A stretch of DNA of 64,000 nucleotides from Mycobacteriales bacterium (GTDB taxonomy: Bacteria; Actinomycetota; Actinomycetes; BP-191). Location of the stretch: positions 31,785 through 95,784 of the forward strand of contig DASTMB010000064.1 in assembly GCA_035714365.1 (NCBI GenBank), read 5' to 3'. The translations under genes and the position numbers were made by a program. The notes beneath the pieces are model-generated. The model saw nothing but the letters and a program-made list of their open reading frames with translations. It made no database searches and was not told where the DNA came from. Below, piece after piece: positions 35,548 through 44,394 of this stretch. The stretch's first letter is position 1. Each line of letters starts with the position of its first letter.

Positions 35548-36108
35548 GTGACGGTGCGTTCCGAGTGGGGGCCGGCGAACGGCCCGCGGCCGGAGCCGGA
35601 CCCGGCCAACGCCGCGCTGTTCGCGGACGTGCGCGCGTCGGTGACGGCGGAGGTGGACGCGCCCGCGGAGGCGGTGTGGGACCTGCTCGCCGACCCGGCG
35701 CGCGTCGGCGAGGTGTCGCCGGAGTGCGTCGAGGGGCGGTGGATCGAGGGGGCGTCGCGGCCGGAGCCGGGCGCGCGGTTCGAGGGCGTCAACCGGCTCG
35801 GCGACTACGAGTGGGTGCGGCCGTGCACGGTCACGACCGCCGAGCGCCCGACCGCGTACGCCTACGTCGCGCACGACCGGTGGGACGTGCCGGCGGCGGA
35901 CTGGTCGTTCGCGATCGAGCCGCTGGGGGAGCGGTGCCGGGTGACGGAGACGTTCGCGCACCGGCCGGACGGGCTGAGCGGGCTGCGGATCGCCGCCGAC
36001 GCCGACCCGGCCAACGCCGCCGCGGCGGTGGCGGCGCGGCTCGCGTCGTTGCGCGAGGGGATGGCGGCGACGCTGGCGCGGCTGGGGGAGGCGGCGCGGC
36101 GGACGTAG
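35548..36108 (+). CDS. SRPBCC (polyketide cyclase/dehydrase-like, START fold) family protein
   Basis: GGAGGAG Shine-Dalgarno sequence, then GTG at 35548. VTAEVDAPAEAVWDLLADPARVGEVSPECVEGRW...RFEGVNRLGDYEW...WSFAIEPLGERCRVTETF. Confidence 0.65.
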   Translation: MTVRSEWGPANGPRPEPDPANAALFADVRASVTAEVDAPAEAVWDLLADPARVGEVSPECVEGRWIEGASRPEPGARFEGVNRLGDYEWVRPCTVTTAERPTAYAYVAHDRWDVPAADWSFAIEPLGERCRVTETFAHRPDGLSGLRIAADADPANAAAAVAARLASLREGMAATLARLGEAARRT

Positions 36109-36142
36109 GAACGCGGGCGCCGCGCGTCGAACCGTTGTCCGC

Positions 36143-37552
36143 ATGATCCGGCCCCGCCTGCTCCTGCTCGCGCTCGTCGCCCCGGCCCTCGCTGTGCTCG
36201 CGCTGCCCGCCACCGCGTCGAAGCCGCCCGCGCGGCCCGCCGTCTCCGGCCTGCTGCCCGGCACCGGCAACAAGCGCGTCAACCACAACGCCGAGCCGGC
36301 GCTCGCGGCCGCCCCCGACGGCACCCTCTGGGCCACCTCGAACGCGCTCGCCACCGGCTGCGGCCGCCCCACCAACTGCGGCTCCGACATCTGGTCGTCG
36401 CGCGACGGCGGGCGGCACTGGCGCTGGGTCGCGAACCCGTTCGTGACCGCCGACCCCACCGGCACGTACATGATGGGCGGCGGCGACAACGACATCGCCG
36501 TCGCGCCGGAGAAGAACTCCTCCGGCCACTACAACGTCTACGTCGCGAGCCTCTGGGTCAGCAACTCGATCGCGGTCAGCGGCGACGGCGGCGAGACGTG
36601 GCGGGTGCTGCCGATCGAGTCGCCGCCGGGGACGTACGGGCTGTTCCCGATGGGCGCGCCCGCGACCATGCCGGCGAACGCGTACGCGGACCGGCCGTGG
36701 ATCGGCGCGGACGGGCCGTGCACGCTGCTGTTCGCGTTCAACGAGGTGCCCGGCAACCAGACCCTGCTCCAGCGCTACGACGCCTGCCAGGCCGGGCTGC
36801 CGGTGCGCGACGGCGCGTCGCTGCCGTTCGGCGACACGGCGTCGGTGCTCGGCAAGGTGAGCGGGCGGTTCGTCGTCGACACCGGCGCGAGGTCACCGCA
36901 CCGGCACGCCGTCTACTACCCGGCGGTCGGCAGCAACAAGGTCTTCGTGCAGGCCAGCACCGACGGGCTGACGTGGACGCGGCACGTCGTGGCGCCGTTT
37001 TCCGACGACTCCACCACCGTGCCGATCTGGCCGGTCACCGCCGCGGTCGACGCGGCCGGCCGGGTCTACGTCGCCTGGCACGACACGTTCCACGCGTACT
37101 TCGCCTCCTCCGGCGACGGCGGCGCCACCTGGACCGAGCCGGTGCGGCTGGACGGGGCGCGGTCGACGGCGGCGTACCCGACGGTCGCGGCGGCGGGGAA
37201 GGGGGTCGTGTCGGTCCTCTGGTACGGCACCGCGCGCCCAGGACCGGCAAACGACCCGGAGGGCATGGGCGCGCCCGCGAGCAAGAAGGGCGCCGTCTGG
37301 CAGGTGTACGAGACGCGCAGCAGCGACGGCGGGCGGCACTTCACGAAGCCGGTGCCGGTGAGCGGGCCGGTGCACCGCGGCATCGTCTGCGTGGGCGGCG
37401 GTGGCTGCGCCGCCGACGGCAGCCGGAACCTGCTGGACGACTTCGGCGTGGTGTTCGTGCCGGGGACGTCGCGGGTGGCGGCGGTCTACACGACCGACCA
37501 GCCGGGCGGTCAGCGCGTCGACCGCAAGACCGCCTACGTCGCCCTGGGCTGA
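36143..37552 (+). CDS. Secreted BNR/Asp-box repeat (sialidase-fold beta-propeller) protein
   Basis: Signal peptide MIRPRLLLLALVAPALAVLALPATA. Asp-boxes SRDGGRHW, SGDGGETW, STDGLTW, SSGDGGATW and SSDGGRHF. Confidence 0.75.
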   Translation: MIRPRLLLLALVAPALAVLALPATASKPPARPAVSGLLPGTGNKRVNHNAEPALAAAPDGTLWATSNALATGCGRPTNCGSDIWSSRDGGRHWRWVANPFVTADPTGTYMMGGGDNDIAVAPEKNSSGHYNVYVASLWVSNSIAVSGDGGETWRVLPIESPPGTYGLFPMGAPATMPANAYADRPWIGADGPCTLLFAFNEVPGNQTLLQRYDACQAGLPVRDGASLPFGDTASVLGKVSGRFVVDTGARSPHRHAVYYPAVGSNKVFVQASTDGLTWTRHVVAPFSDDSTTVPIWPVTAAVDAAGRVYVAWHDTFHAYFASSGDGGATWTEPVRLDGARSTAAYPTVAAAGKGVVSVLWYGTARPGPANDPEGMGAPASKKGAVWQVYETRSSDGGRHFTKPVPVSGPVHRGIVCVGGGGCAADGSRNLLDDFGVVFVPGTSRVAAVYTTDQPGGQRVDRKTAYVALG

Positions 37553-37674
37553 GGCCCTTGCGGCTCGCGGGGTGGCACGGCAGACTCTCGCGCCGACCGC
37601 GACGGGGGAGCCGCACGGCGTAGCTGGCGCCCCCTGAGCGGGGCCCGACCCCCCTACGTCGAGAGGCCGTTCCG

Positions 37675-38517
37675 GTGCACCGTTCCGTCCTGCTCACGCT
37701 CGCGTCCGTTACCGTCTCGGCGGCCGTCGGGCTCCCGTCCGCGGCGGCCGACGGCACCGCCGCTCTCGCGCCGGACGGACGGACGCTGGCCGTCGGTGCC
37801 GTCGTCACGACCGGCACCCGCTCCGGTGACCTCTGCACCTTCGTGAACGACCACGTGACGCTGGTCGCGACCGCCGGCGCGGACGCCGGGATCACGCTGC
37901 GGGCCGACGACGCGTGCCGCCTCGTCGTCACCTCGCTCGGCGCGGTGCGCGCGGACGCGCCCGCGATCGAGGCACCGCGCTACACCGAGCCCCGCGGCTA
38001 CGACGGGTCGGCTCCCGCCGAGACCGGCGCACCGTTCGACGCGGACGCCGCCGACGACCCGGCGACGCTGCCCGCCGAGGTCGTGGCCACGGCCACGTCG
38101 ACGGAGGTGGTCGACGTCCAGACGGTCCAGCTCGTGCTGAACGAGGCGGGCGTGCAGGAGTACCGCGACTACACGGCGGCGCAGTACGTCCGCAACCGGC
38201 GCACCCGCACTGTCGGTGCCCTGGCTCTCACCGACGGCTCGTGCGAGGGCTCGTACATCGACGAGTACGTGCTCTACGGGCCATACGCGAACCGGCCGCT
38301 GACGTGCTTCTTCAAGCCGACCTACAACGGGTCCGCGCGCGTCGGGTTCGTGTCCGGCGGCACCTACCGCAAGGCGGTCGCGACGATCACCATCGACCAG
38401 CGGAAGCTCACCGAGACGTCCGAGGCGACGTACGGCGGGACGACGAGGTCGGTGTGCAGCACGGGCGGCACCCTCCGCACCGGGTGGTCGTCGGTCTGCT
38501 ACTTCGACGTCAACTGA
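37675..38517 (+). CDS. Secreted protein, unknown function
   Basis: GTG start after GAGAGG. Signal peptide MHRSVLLTLASVTVSAAVGLPSAAA. 280 aa with 6 Cys. Confidence 0.55.
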   Translation: MHRSVLLTLASVTVSAAVGLPSAAADGTAALAPDGRTLAVGAVVTTGTRSGDLCTFVNDHVTLVATAGADAGITLRADDACRLVVTSLGAVRADAPAIEAPRYTEPRGYDGSAPAETGAPFDADAADDPATLPAEVVATATSTEVVDVQTVQLVLNEAGVQEYRDYTAAQYVRNRRTRTVGALALTDGSCEGSYIDEYVLYGPYANRPLTCFFKPTYNGSARVGFVSGGTYRKAVATITIDQRKLTETSEATYGGTTRSVCSTGGTLRTGWSSVCYFDVN

Positions 38518-38582
38518 CGGGAGGAGCGGCCCCGCGAGCGCCGAAAGCAGTCGCGGTACGCCACGCGTATACGGGAGGACCG

Positions 38583-39407
38583 ATGCTCCGCCGGCTCGCC
38601 GCCTGCGCCGCCGCCGTGACCGCGCTCGCGGTGGCGCCGGTGCCGCGCGCGGTCGCCGAGCCCGGCCTGCTGGAGGTCACCGGCACCGGGGCCACCGCTG
38701 CCGACGTCACCGTGGCGAGCCGCGTCTCGTTCGACCTCGGCAACGCGGTCGTCACCGGCTCCGGCCGCTACGCCGGGTTCGCGCTCTGGACGACGGGGCG
38801 TTCGCCGCGGCCGCTCGGCGGGGTGCTCGCGAGCCGGGACCTCGACATGCCGCAACGTCCGGTGCTCCTGGCGGCGACGACGCGGCACGCGGTGCTCGCG
38901 CCGACGCAGCTCGGCGGTCAGCCGGTCGTCACGCTGGAGCCCGGGCGGTACCGGGTGCTGCTGCTCGCCGACGGCGATGCCGACGTGCGCGTGCCGTTGA
39001 CGCCCGGCTCGACCGGCGGCCTCAGCGTGCGGACGACGCGGCCGTTCCGGCGCTCGTACACGGTGGCGGCCAGAGCGGTCACGGCGGCCGACCGGCACGT
39101 CGCCCTCCGCGGGCCGCTCACCTCCGGCCGGACCCGCCGCTACGACGTGATCGCGCAATGGCGCCCGGACGTGCCGCAGGACGTCGAGCTCGTGGCGTGT
39201 GTGACACGCCGCGCCGCCTCCTGCGCCCGGGCGCCGTACGCGACCGGAAACACCAGCGCGGGCGGGACCATGCCGACCACGAGCGGGCTCGGTGTGCGTG
39301 GCGGGCTGCTCGCGCGCGACGTCAGGGAGGCGCGCGCGGAGGCGGGGCTCGCCGGCGGTGGCTCCGGGACGTTCACGCTCGTCGTGCTCGACTACGACTA
39401 CGCGTAG
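38583..39407 (+). CDS. Secreted protein, unknown function
   Basis: GGGAGGA Shine-Dalgarno sequence, then ATG at 38583. Signal peptide MLRRLAACAAAVTALAVAPVPRAVA. 274 aa. Confidence 0.55.
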   Translation: MLRRLAACAAAVTALAVAPVPRAVAEPGLLEVTGTGATAADVTVASRVSFDLGNAVVTGSGRYAGFALWTTGRSPRPLGGVLASRDLDMPQRPVLLAATTRHAVLAPTQLGGQPVVTLEPGRYRVLLLADGDADVRVPLTPGSTGGLSVRTTRPFRRSYTVAARAVTAADRHVALRGPLTSGRTRRYDVIAQWRPDVPQDVELVACVTRRAASCARAPYATGNTSAGGTMPTTSGLGVRGGLLARDVREARAEAGLAGGGSGTFTLVVLDYDYA

Positions 39408-39457
39408 CTGTGGACGGCGGGGAAGCCGCGGGGACGAAGCACCGCATACTGTCCGGC

Positions 39458-40690
39458 GTGGACTCGCTGCGGATCGTCGAGACCGAGGTGCGCGAGCTGG
39501 TGCGCCGGCGCGGCCTCGACCCGGCGTCGGACCAGGCCGCGATCCGGCGGCTCGTCGACGACGTGCTCGCCGACTACGACGAGCGCACGCTCACCTCGAC
39601 GCTGCCGCCGCTGCCCGAACGCGCCCGCGCGACCCGCGAGGTCTACGACGCGGTCGTCGGCTACGGGCCGTTGCAGCGGTACCTGGACGACCCGACGGTC
39701 GAGGAGATCTGGGTCAACGAGCCGGGCCGGGTGTTCGTGGCCCGGCGCGGCCGCAGCGAGCTGACGAACACGATCCTCGGCGAGGGCCAGGTCCAGGACC
39801 TGTGCGAGAAGATGCTGAAGTCCAGCGGGCGCCGCGTGGACCTGTCGACGCCGTTCGTGGACGCGATGCTGCCGGACGGCAGCCGGCTGCACATCGTGAT
39901 CCCGGACATCACGCGGCGGCACTGGTCCGTGAACATCCGCAAGTTCGTGCTGACCGCGCACAGCCTGGACGAGCTGGTGGCGCTGGGCAGCCTGACGAAC
40001 CAGGCGGCGCGGTTCCTGGAGGCGGCGGTCGCCAGCGGCCTCAACGTCATCGTGGCCGGCGGCACGCAGGCCGGGAAGACGACGCTGCTCAACTGCCTGG
40101 CGGCGGCGATCCCGGCGCGGGAGCGGGTCATCACCTGCGAGGAGGTGTTCGAGCTCCGCATCCCGCTGCCGGACGTCGTGTCGATGCAGACCCGCCAGGC
40201 CAACCTCGAAGGCACCGGCGAGGTCCGGCTGCGCCGCCTGGTGAAGGAGGCGTTGCGGATGCGCCCGGACCGGATCATCGTCGGCGAGGTCCGGCAGGAG
40301 GAGTGCCTGGACCTGCTCATCGCCCTGAACTCCGGCCTGCCCGGCATGTGCTCGATCCACGCGAACAGCGCGCGCGAGGCGGTCGTGAAGATGTGCACGC
40401 TGCCGTTGCTGGCCGGCGAGAACGTCTCGCACGCGTTCGTGGTGCCGACGGTCGCGAGCAGCATCGACCTGGTCGTGCACACGCAGACGACCCGCACCGG
40501 GCAACGCCGGGTGAGCGAGATCGTGGGCATCCCCGGCCGGGTCGAGGGCGACGTGGTGGAGACGGCGCAGGTCTTCGCGACGCAGGGGGAGGCGCTGGTC
40601 CGCGCCGACGGGTACCCGCCGCACCCGGAGCGGTTCGAACGCGCCGGCTACGACCTGGCGGCGCTGCTCGCGCAGCCGCAGTACGCGTAG
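39458..40690 (+). CDS. tadA: Tad/Flp pilus assembly ATPase TadA/CpaF
   Basis: GTG at 39458. EIWVNEPGRVFVARRG...NIRKF...VIVAGGTQAGKTTLLN (Walker A)...RMRPDRIIVGEVR...LIALNSGLPGMCSIHANS. Confidence 0.9.
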   Translation: MDSLRIVETEVRELVRRRGLDPASDQAAIRRLVDDVLADYDERTLTSTLPPLPERARATREVYDAVVGYGPLQRYLDDPTVEEIWVNEPGRVFVARRGRSELTNTILGEGQVQDLCEKMLKSSGRRVDLSTPFVDAMLPDGSRLHIVIPDITRRHWSVNIRKFVLTAHSLDELVALGSLTNQAARFLEAAVASGLNVIVAGGTQAGKTTLLNCLAAAIPARERVITCEEVFELRIPLPDVVSMQTRQANLEGTGEVRLRRLVKEALRMRPDRIIVGEVRQEECLDLLIALNSGLPGMCSIHANSAREAVVKMCTLPLLAGENVSHAFVVPTVASSIDLVVHTQTTRTGQRRVSEIVGIPGRVEGDVVETAQVFATQGEALVRADGYPPHPERFERAGYDLAALLAQPQYA

Positions 40691-41551
40691 ATGGGCGTCT
40701 TCCTCGGGCTGCTGCTCGGCGTCGGCCTGTTCCTGGTCTGGCGGGCGTTGACGACCGAGCCGGCCGGCAAGGACCCGGACGCAGTCACCTGGCGGACGCG
40801 GCTCGAGGAGCTGCTGGCGCAGGCCGGCATCGAGGGCGTGTCGCCGGGCCAGCTCGTGGGGGCGAGCGTGGCGCTGGGGCTGGTGACGTTCGTGCTGGTG
40901 GCGGGGCTGTCGCGGGTGGCGCTGATCGGGCTCGTGTTCGGCGGGTTCGCGGCGAGCCTGCCCGTCAACGTCGTCCGCTCGCGGCGGCGCAAGCGCACGC
41001 TGGAGCTGCGCGACGTCTGGCCGGAGGTCGTCGACAACCTCGCGTCCGGCATCCGCGCCGGCCTGTCGCTGCCGGAGGCGGTGAGCCAGCTCGGGCTGCG
41101 CGGGCCGGAGCTGCTGCGGCCGGCGTTCGACCGGTTCGCGGCCGACTACCGGGCGACCGGGCGGTTCGGCGACTGCCTGGACCGGCTGAAGGCGTCGCTG
41201 GCCGACCCGGTCGGCGACCGGGTCATCGAGTCGCTGCGGATGGCCCGCGAGGTCGGCGGCACCGACCTGGGTCGGCTGCTGCGCACGCTGTCGGCGTTCC
41301 TGCGCGAGGACGCGCGGACCCGCGCCGAGCTGGAGACGCGGCAGGGCTGGACCGTCAACGCCGCCCGCCTCGCGCTGGCGGCGCCGTGGCTGCTGCTCCT
41401 GCTGCTGTCGACGCGGCCCGGCGCGGTCGAGGCGTACGGCAGCGCGGCGGGCGCACTGGTGCTGCTGGTCGGCGGCGGCGTGTCGTTCCTGGCGTACCGG
41501 ATCATGCTGCGGATCGCCCGGCTGCCGGAGGAACGGCGGGTGCTGCGGTGA
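40691..41551 (+). CDS. tadB: Type II secretion system F family protein (TadB)
   Basis: 286 aa. It has N- and C-terminal TM segments and a T2SF-like core (WPEVVDNLASGIRAGLSLPEAV). Confidence 0.8.
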   Translation: MGVFLGLLLGVGLFLVWRALTTEPAGKDPDAVTWRTRLEELLAQAGIEGVSPGQLVGASVALGLVTFVLVAGLSRVALIGLVFGGFAASLPVNVVRSRRRKRTLELRDVWPEVVDNLASGIRAGLSLPEAVSQLGLRGPELLRPAFDRFAADYRATGRFGDCLDRLKASLADPVGDRVIESLRMAREVGGTDLGRLLRTLSAFLREDARTRAELETRQGWTVNAARLALAAPWLLLLLLSTRPGAVEAYGSAAGALVLLVGGGVSFLAYRIMLRIARLPEERRVLR

Positions 41552-42483
41552 TCCTGCTCGGCATGCTGATCGGGCTGCTCGCGGGTGGCGGGCTGGCGCT
41601 CGCGGTCGCGTACTCGCCGCCGATGCGGACGCCGCGGCTGGACGACCGGCTGGCGCCGTACCTGCGGGACGCGCCGCGGCCGTCGCGGCTGCTCGCGACC
41701 AAGGAGACGTTGACGCCGTTCCCGACGCTGGAACGCATCCTGTCGCCGGTGCTCTCGGACGCGACGCGGTTCCTCGACCGCTGGCTCGGCGGGGTGACGT
41801 CGTTGCGGCGGCGGCTGGTGCAGGCCGGGCGCGGGATGACGTTGGAGGAGTTCCGCGCGGAGCAGGTCGTGTGGGGCGCGCTGGGGCTGCTCGCCGGGCT
41901 GGCGGTGTCGGTGCTCGCGGTCGTCACCGGCCGCGGCGCGCCGCCGCTCGCGCTGCTCGTGCTCTGCCTGGGGCTGACGCTGTTCGGCGTGCTGGCGCGG
42001 GACCGGTGGCTGACGCGCGAGGTCGCGCAGCGCGAGGAGCGGATGCTCGCGGAGTTCCCGACGATCGCCGAGCTGCTCGCGCTCGCCGTCACGGCGGGGG
42101 AGGGGCCGGTCGGCGCGCTGGAACGCGTCACCCGCATCAGCACCGGCGAGCTCGCGGCGGAGCTGCGGGCTGCCCTCGCCGACGCCAAGGCGGGGGCGTC
42201 GCTGGTGACGGCGCTGGAGGGCATCGCCGCGCGGACGTCGTTGCCGCCGCTGTCGCGGTTCGTCGACGGCGTCGCGATCGCGGTCGAGCGCGGCACGCCG
42301 CTGGCGGAGGTGCTGCGCGCGCAGGCGGTCGACGTGCGCGAGGCGGGGCGGCGGCGGCTGCTCGAAGCCGGCGGCAAGAAGGAGATCGGCATGCTGGTGC
42401 CGGTCGTGTTCCTGGTGCTGCCGGTGACGATCGTCTTCGCGCTGTTCCCCGGGTTCTACGGCTTGCAGGTGCTCACGCCGTGA
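41548..42483 (+). CDS. tadC: Type II secretion system F family protein (TadC)
   Basis: GTGA overlap with tadB. EFPTIAELLALAVTAGEGPVGALERV...LVPVVFLVLPVTIVFALFPGF. Confidence 0.8.
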   Translation: MILLGMLIGLLAGGGLALAVAYSPPMRTPRLDDRLAPYLRDAPRPSRLLATKETLTPFPTLERILSPVLSDATRFLDRWLGGVTSLRRRLVQAGRGMTLEEFRAEQVVWGALGLLAGLAVSVLAVVTGRGAPPLALLVLCLGLTLFGVLARDRWLTREVAQREERMLAEFPTIAELLALAVTAGEGPVGALERVTRISTGELAAELRAALADAKAGASLVTALEGIAARTSLPPLSRFVDGVAIAVERGTPLAEVLRAQAVDVREAGRRRLLEAGGKKEIGMLVPVVFLVLPVTIVFALFPGFYGLQVLTP

Positions 42484-42502
42484 GCGACGAACAGGGGGAG
42501 CC

Positions 42503-42718
42503 ATGACCGCGTCCGACCTGCTGACCTACCTGCGCGCCCGGCTCTCCGACGGCGACCGCTCCGACCGGGGCGACGTGCCCGGCTGGGTGCTGATCACGTT
42601 GATGACGGCCGTGATCGTGGCCGGCATCTGGGGGTTCGCGCAGGGCGCGTTGTCGAACATCCTCCGGTCCGCCCTCTGCACCATCGGCGTGAACGGCTCC
42701 GGCGCGGCCTGCGAGTAA
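42503..42718 (+). CDS. Small Flp/DUF4244-like putative pilin
   Basis: 71 aa. It has a charged N-terminus and a single hydrophobic helix, DRGDVPGWVLITLMTAVIVAGIWGFAQGAL. Its position directly after tadC is typical of actinobacterial tad loci. The canonical G/xxxxEY motif is not present. Confidence 0.5.
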   Translation: MTASDLLTYLRARLSDGDRSDRGDVPGWVLITLMTAVIVAGIWGFAQGALSNILRSALCTIGVNGSGAACE

Positions 42719-42720
42719 CG

Positions 42721-43116
42721 GTGCGACGGGACGAGGGGGCCGCGGTCGTCGAGTTCGTGCTCGTCGGCGTCCTCGTCGTCACGCTGTTCATGGGGATCCT
42801 CCAGGTCGGCCTCTACCTGCACATGCGCAACGTCGTCGTCGCGTCGCTCGCGGAGGGCGCGCGCGAGGCCGCGAACGCCGACCGCACCTGCGACGACGGC
42901 GTCGACCGCGCCCGCGAGCTGGTCGCCCGGTCGATCGGCACGCGCGTCGCGGACGGGCTGACGTTCGACGTGCCGCCGGACGGGTGCGAGGTCACCGCCG
43001 ACGGCGGCGTCGTGCTCGTGCAGGTGCGCGCGCACGGGCCGTTGCCGCTGCTGTTCCCGCCGGTCGGGTCGGTGTCGATGAACGCCACCGCGCACGCCAT
43101 CAAGGAGGGCCAGTGA
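42721..43116 (+). CDS. tadE: TadE-like pseudopilin
   Basis: GTG start. RRDEGAAVVEFVLVGVLVVTLFMGILQVGLY is a TadE N-terminal motif. Confidence 0.75.
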   Translation: MRRDEGAAVVEFVLVGVLVVTLFMGILQVGLYLHMRNVVVASLAEGAREAANADRTCDDGVDRARELVARSIGTRVADGLTFDVPPDGCEVTADGGVVLVQVRAHGPLPLLFPPVGSVSMNATAHAIKEGQ

Positions 43117-43535
43117 CCCGGCCCGCGCGGCCGCCGCGCGACGACTCCGGCAACGCCGTCCTGGAGTTCGTGACGATCGCGGTCGTCCTCATGGTGCCGT
43201 TGGTCTACATCATGCTGACGGTGTTCCAGCTCCAGCGCGCGGCGTTCGCGGTGAGCGCCGCGTCGCGCGAGGCGGGCCGCGCCTACGTCACGGCCGACTC
43301 CGCCGACACCGCCGGCGAACGCGCGCAGACCGCCGCCGACCTCGCGCTCGCCGACCAGCTCCCCGGCTCGCCGCGCGCCGACGTCGCGGTCTCGGAGGAG
43401 GGGCTGGTGCCGGGGGCTGCGGTGACGGTGCGGGTGACGTACCGGGTCACGCTGCCGCTGTCCGGTGGCGTCGCGACCATCCCGGTGACCGCGAAGCACG
43501 TCGCGACCGTCGACCGGTACCGGAGCGCGGGGTGA
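43113..43535 (+). CDS. TadE-like pseudopilin (second copy)
   Basis: GTGA overlap with the preceding gene. DDSGNAVLEFVTIAVVLMVPLVYIMLTVFQL. Confidence 0.7.
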   Translation: MTRPARPPRDDSGNAVLEFVTIAVVLMVPLVYIMLTVFQLQRAAFAVSAASREAGRAYVTADSADTAGERAQTAADLALADQLPGSPRADVAVSEEGLVPGAAVTVRVTYRVTLPLSGGVATIPVTAKHVATVDRYRSAG

Positions 43536-43963
43536 GGCGCCATCTGGCGCCGCCGCGCGACGACGACGGGCAGCTCCTCATCCTCATCGCGTTCTTCGGC
43601 GTCGTGCTGATCCTGTTCGTGGCGGTGGTGGTCGACGCGTCGGCGGCGTTCCTGGCACGGCGCGGGCTGGCGAGCGAGGCGGACGGCGCGGCGCTGGCGG
43701 CGGCGCAGTCGCTGGACGAGCCTGCGTTCTACGCGGGCGCCGGCGGCGACCTGCTGCCGTTGGGCGACGTCGCGGAGGTGGTGGACGACTACGTCGCCGC
43801 GAACTTCCCCGGCACGACGGTCGAGGACGTGACGCTGGTCGACGGCGGCACCGCCGTGCACGTGGTGCTGCGGCGGCACCTCGCGCTGCCGCTGTCGCCG
43901 CCCGGCTACGAGGACGGCGTCGAGATCACCGCCGAGGCGACGGCGAGGCTTCCGCTGCGGTAG
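43532..43963 (+). CDS. TadG-like/pilus-assembly protein
   Basis: GTGA overlap with the preceding gene. DDDGQLLILIAFFGVVLILFVAVVVDASAAFLARRGLASEADGAALAAAQ. Confidence 0.65.
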   Translation: MRRHLAPPRDDDGQLLILIAFFGVVLILFVAVVVDASAAFLARRGLASEADGAALAAAQSLDEPAFYAGAGGDLLPLGDVAEVVDDYVAANFPGTTVEDVTLVDGGTAVHVVLRRHLALPLSPPGYEDGVEITAEATARLPLR

Positions 43964-44138
43964 CGCCGGGCGTACGCTCGGCGAGCAGCCGCGGGTGGGG
44001 GTCGCTCCGCAGTGAGTTCCCGACTGGGGCCGGCGGCTGGCCGGGTGGCGCGAGCCGTCCGTGGGACAGGGTCCGCGACCGTCTATCGCCGGATTCTCCG
44101 GGGTGTCTCAGAAGCCTTGTTCGCCGTGGCTTCTGGGA

Positions 44139-44291
44139 GTGCGCGTGGGTGTCGTCTACGTCAGTGCGGCCGTCGTCGCCGTCTGCGGCGTCGTGCGGTG
44201 GTGGCTGTACCTGCGGCTCTGCCGCCACGTGTTCGACCAGACGAAGGACCCGCAGGCGGTCGCGCGGGTGGCGCGGTCGGTGCGGCGGTGA
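44139..44291 (+). CDS. Possible small single-TM membrane protein (about 50 aa)
   Basis: GTG at 44139 or 44145 after GGGAG. V(R)VGVVYVSAAVVAVCGVVRWWLYLRLCRHVFDQTKDPQAVARVARSVRR. The only support is a hydrophobic helix followed by a basic tail. Confidence 0.3.
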   Translation: MRVGVVYVSAAVVAVCGVVRWWLYLRLCRHVFDQTKDPQAVARVARSVRR

Positions 44292-44394
44292 CGCCGGCCG
44301 CCCGGCCGTATCTGGTCACCATGGGCCATACCGGCGCGGACCGGGACGACGTAGCGTCGGTGAGTCACCTAGAGCACCGTGGGGGGTCGCGCGC

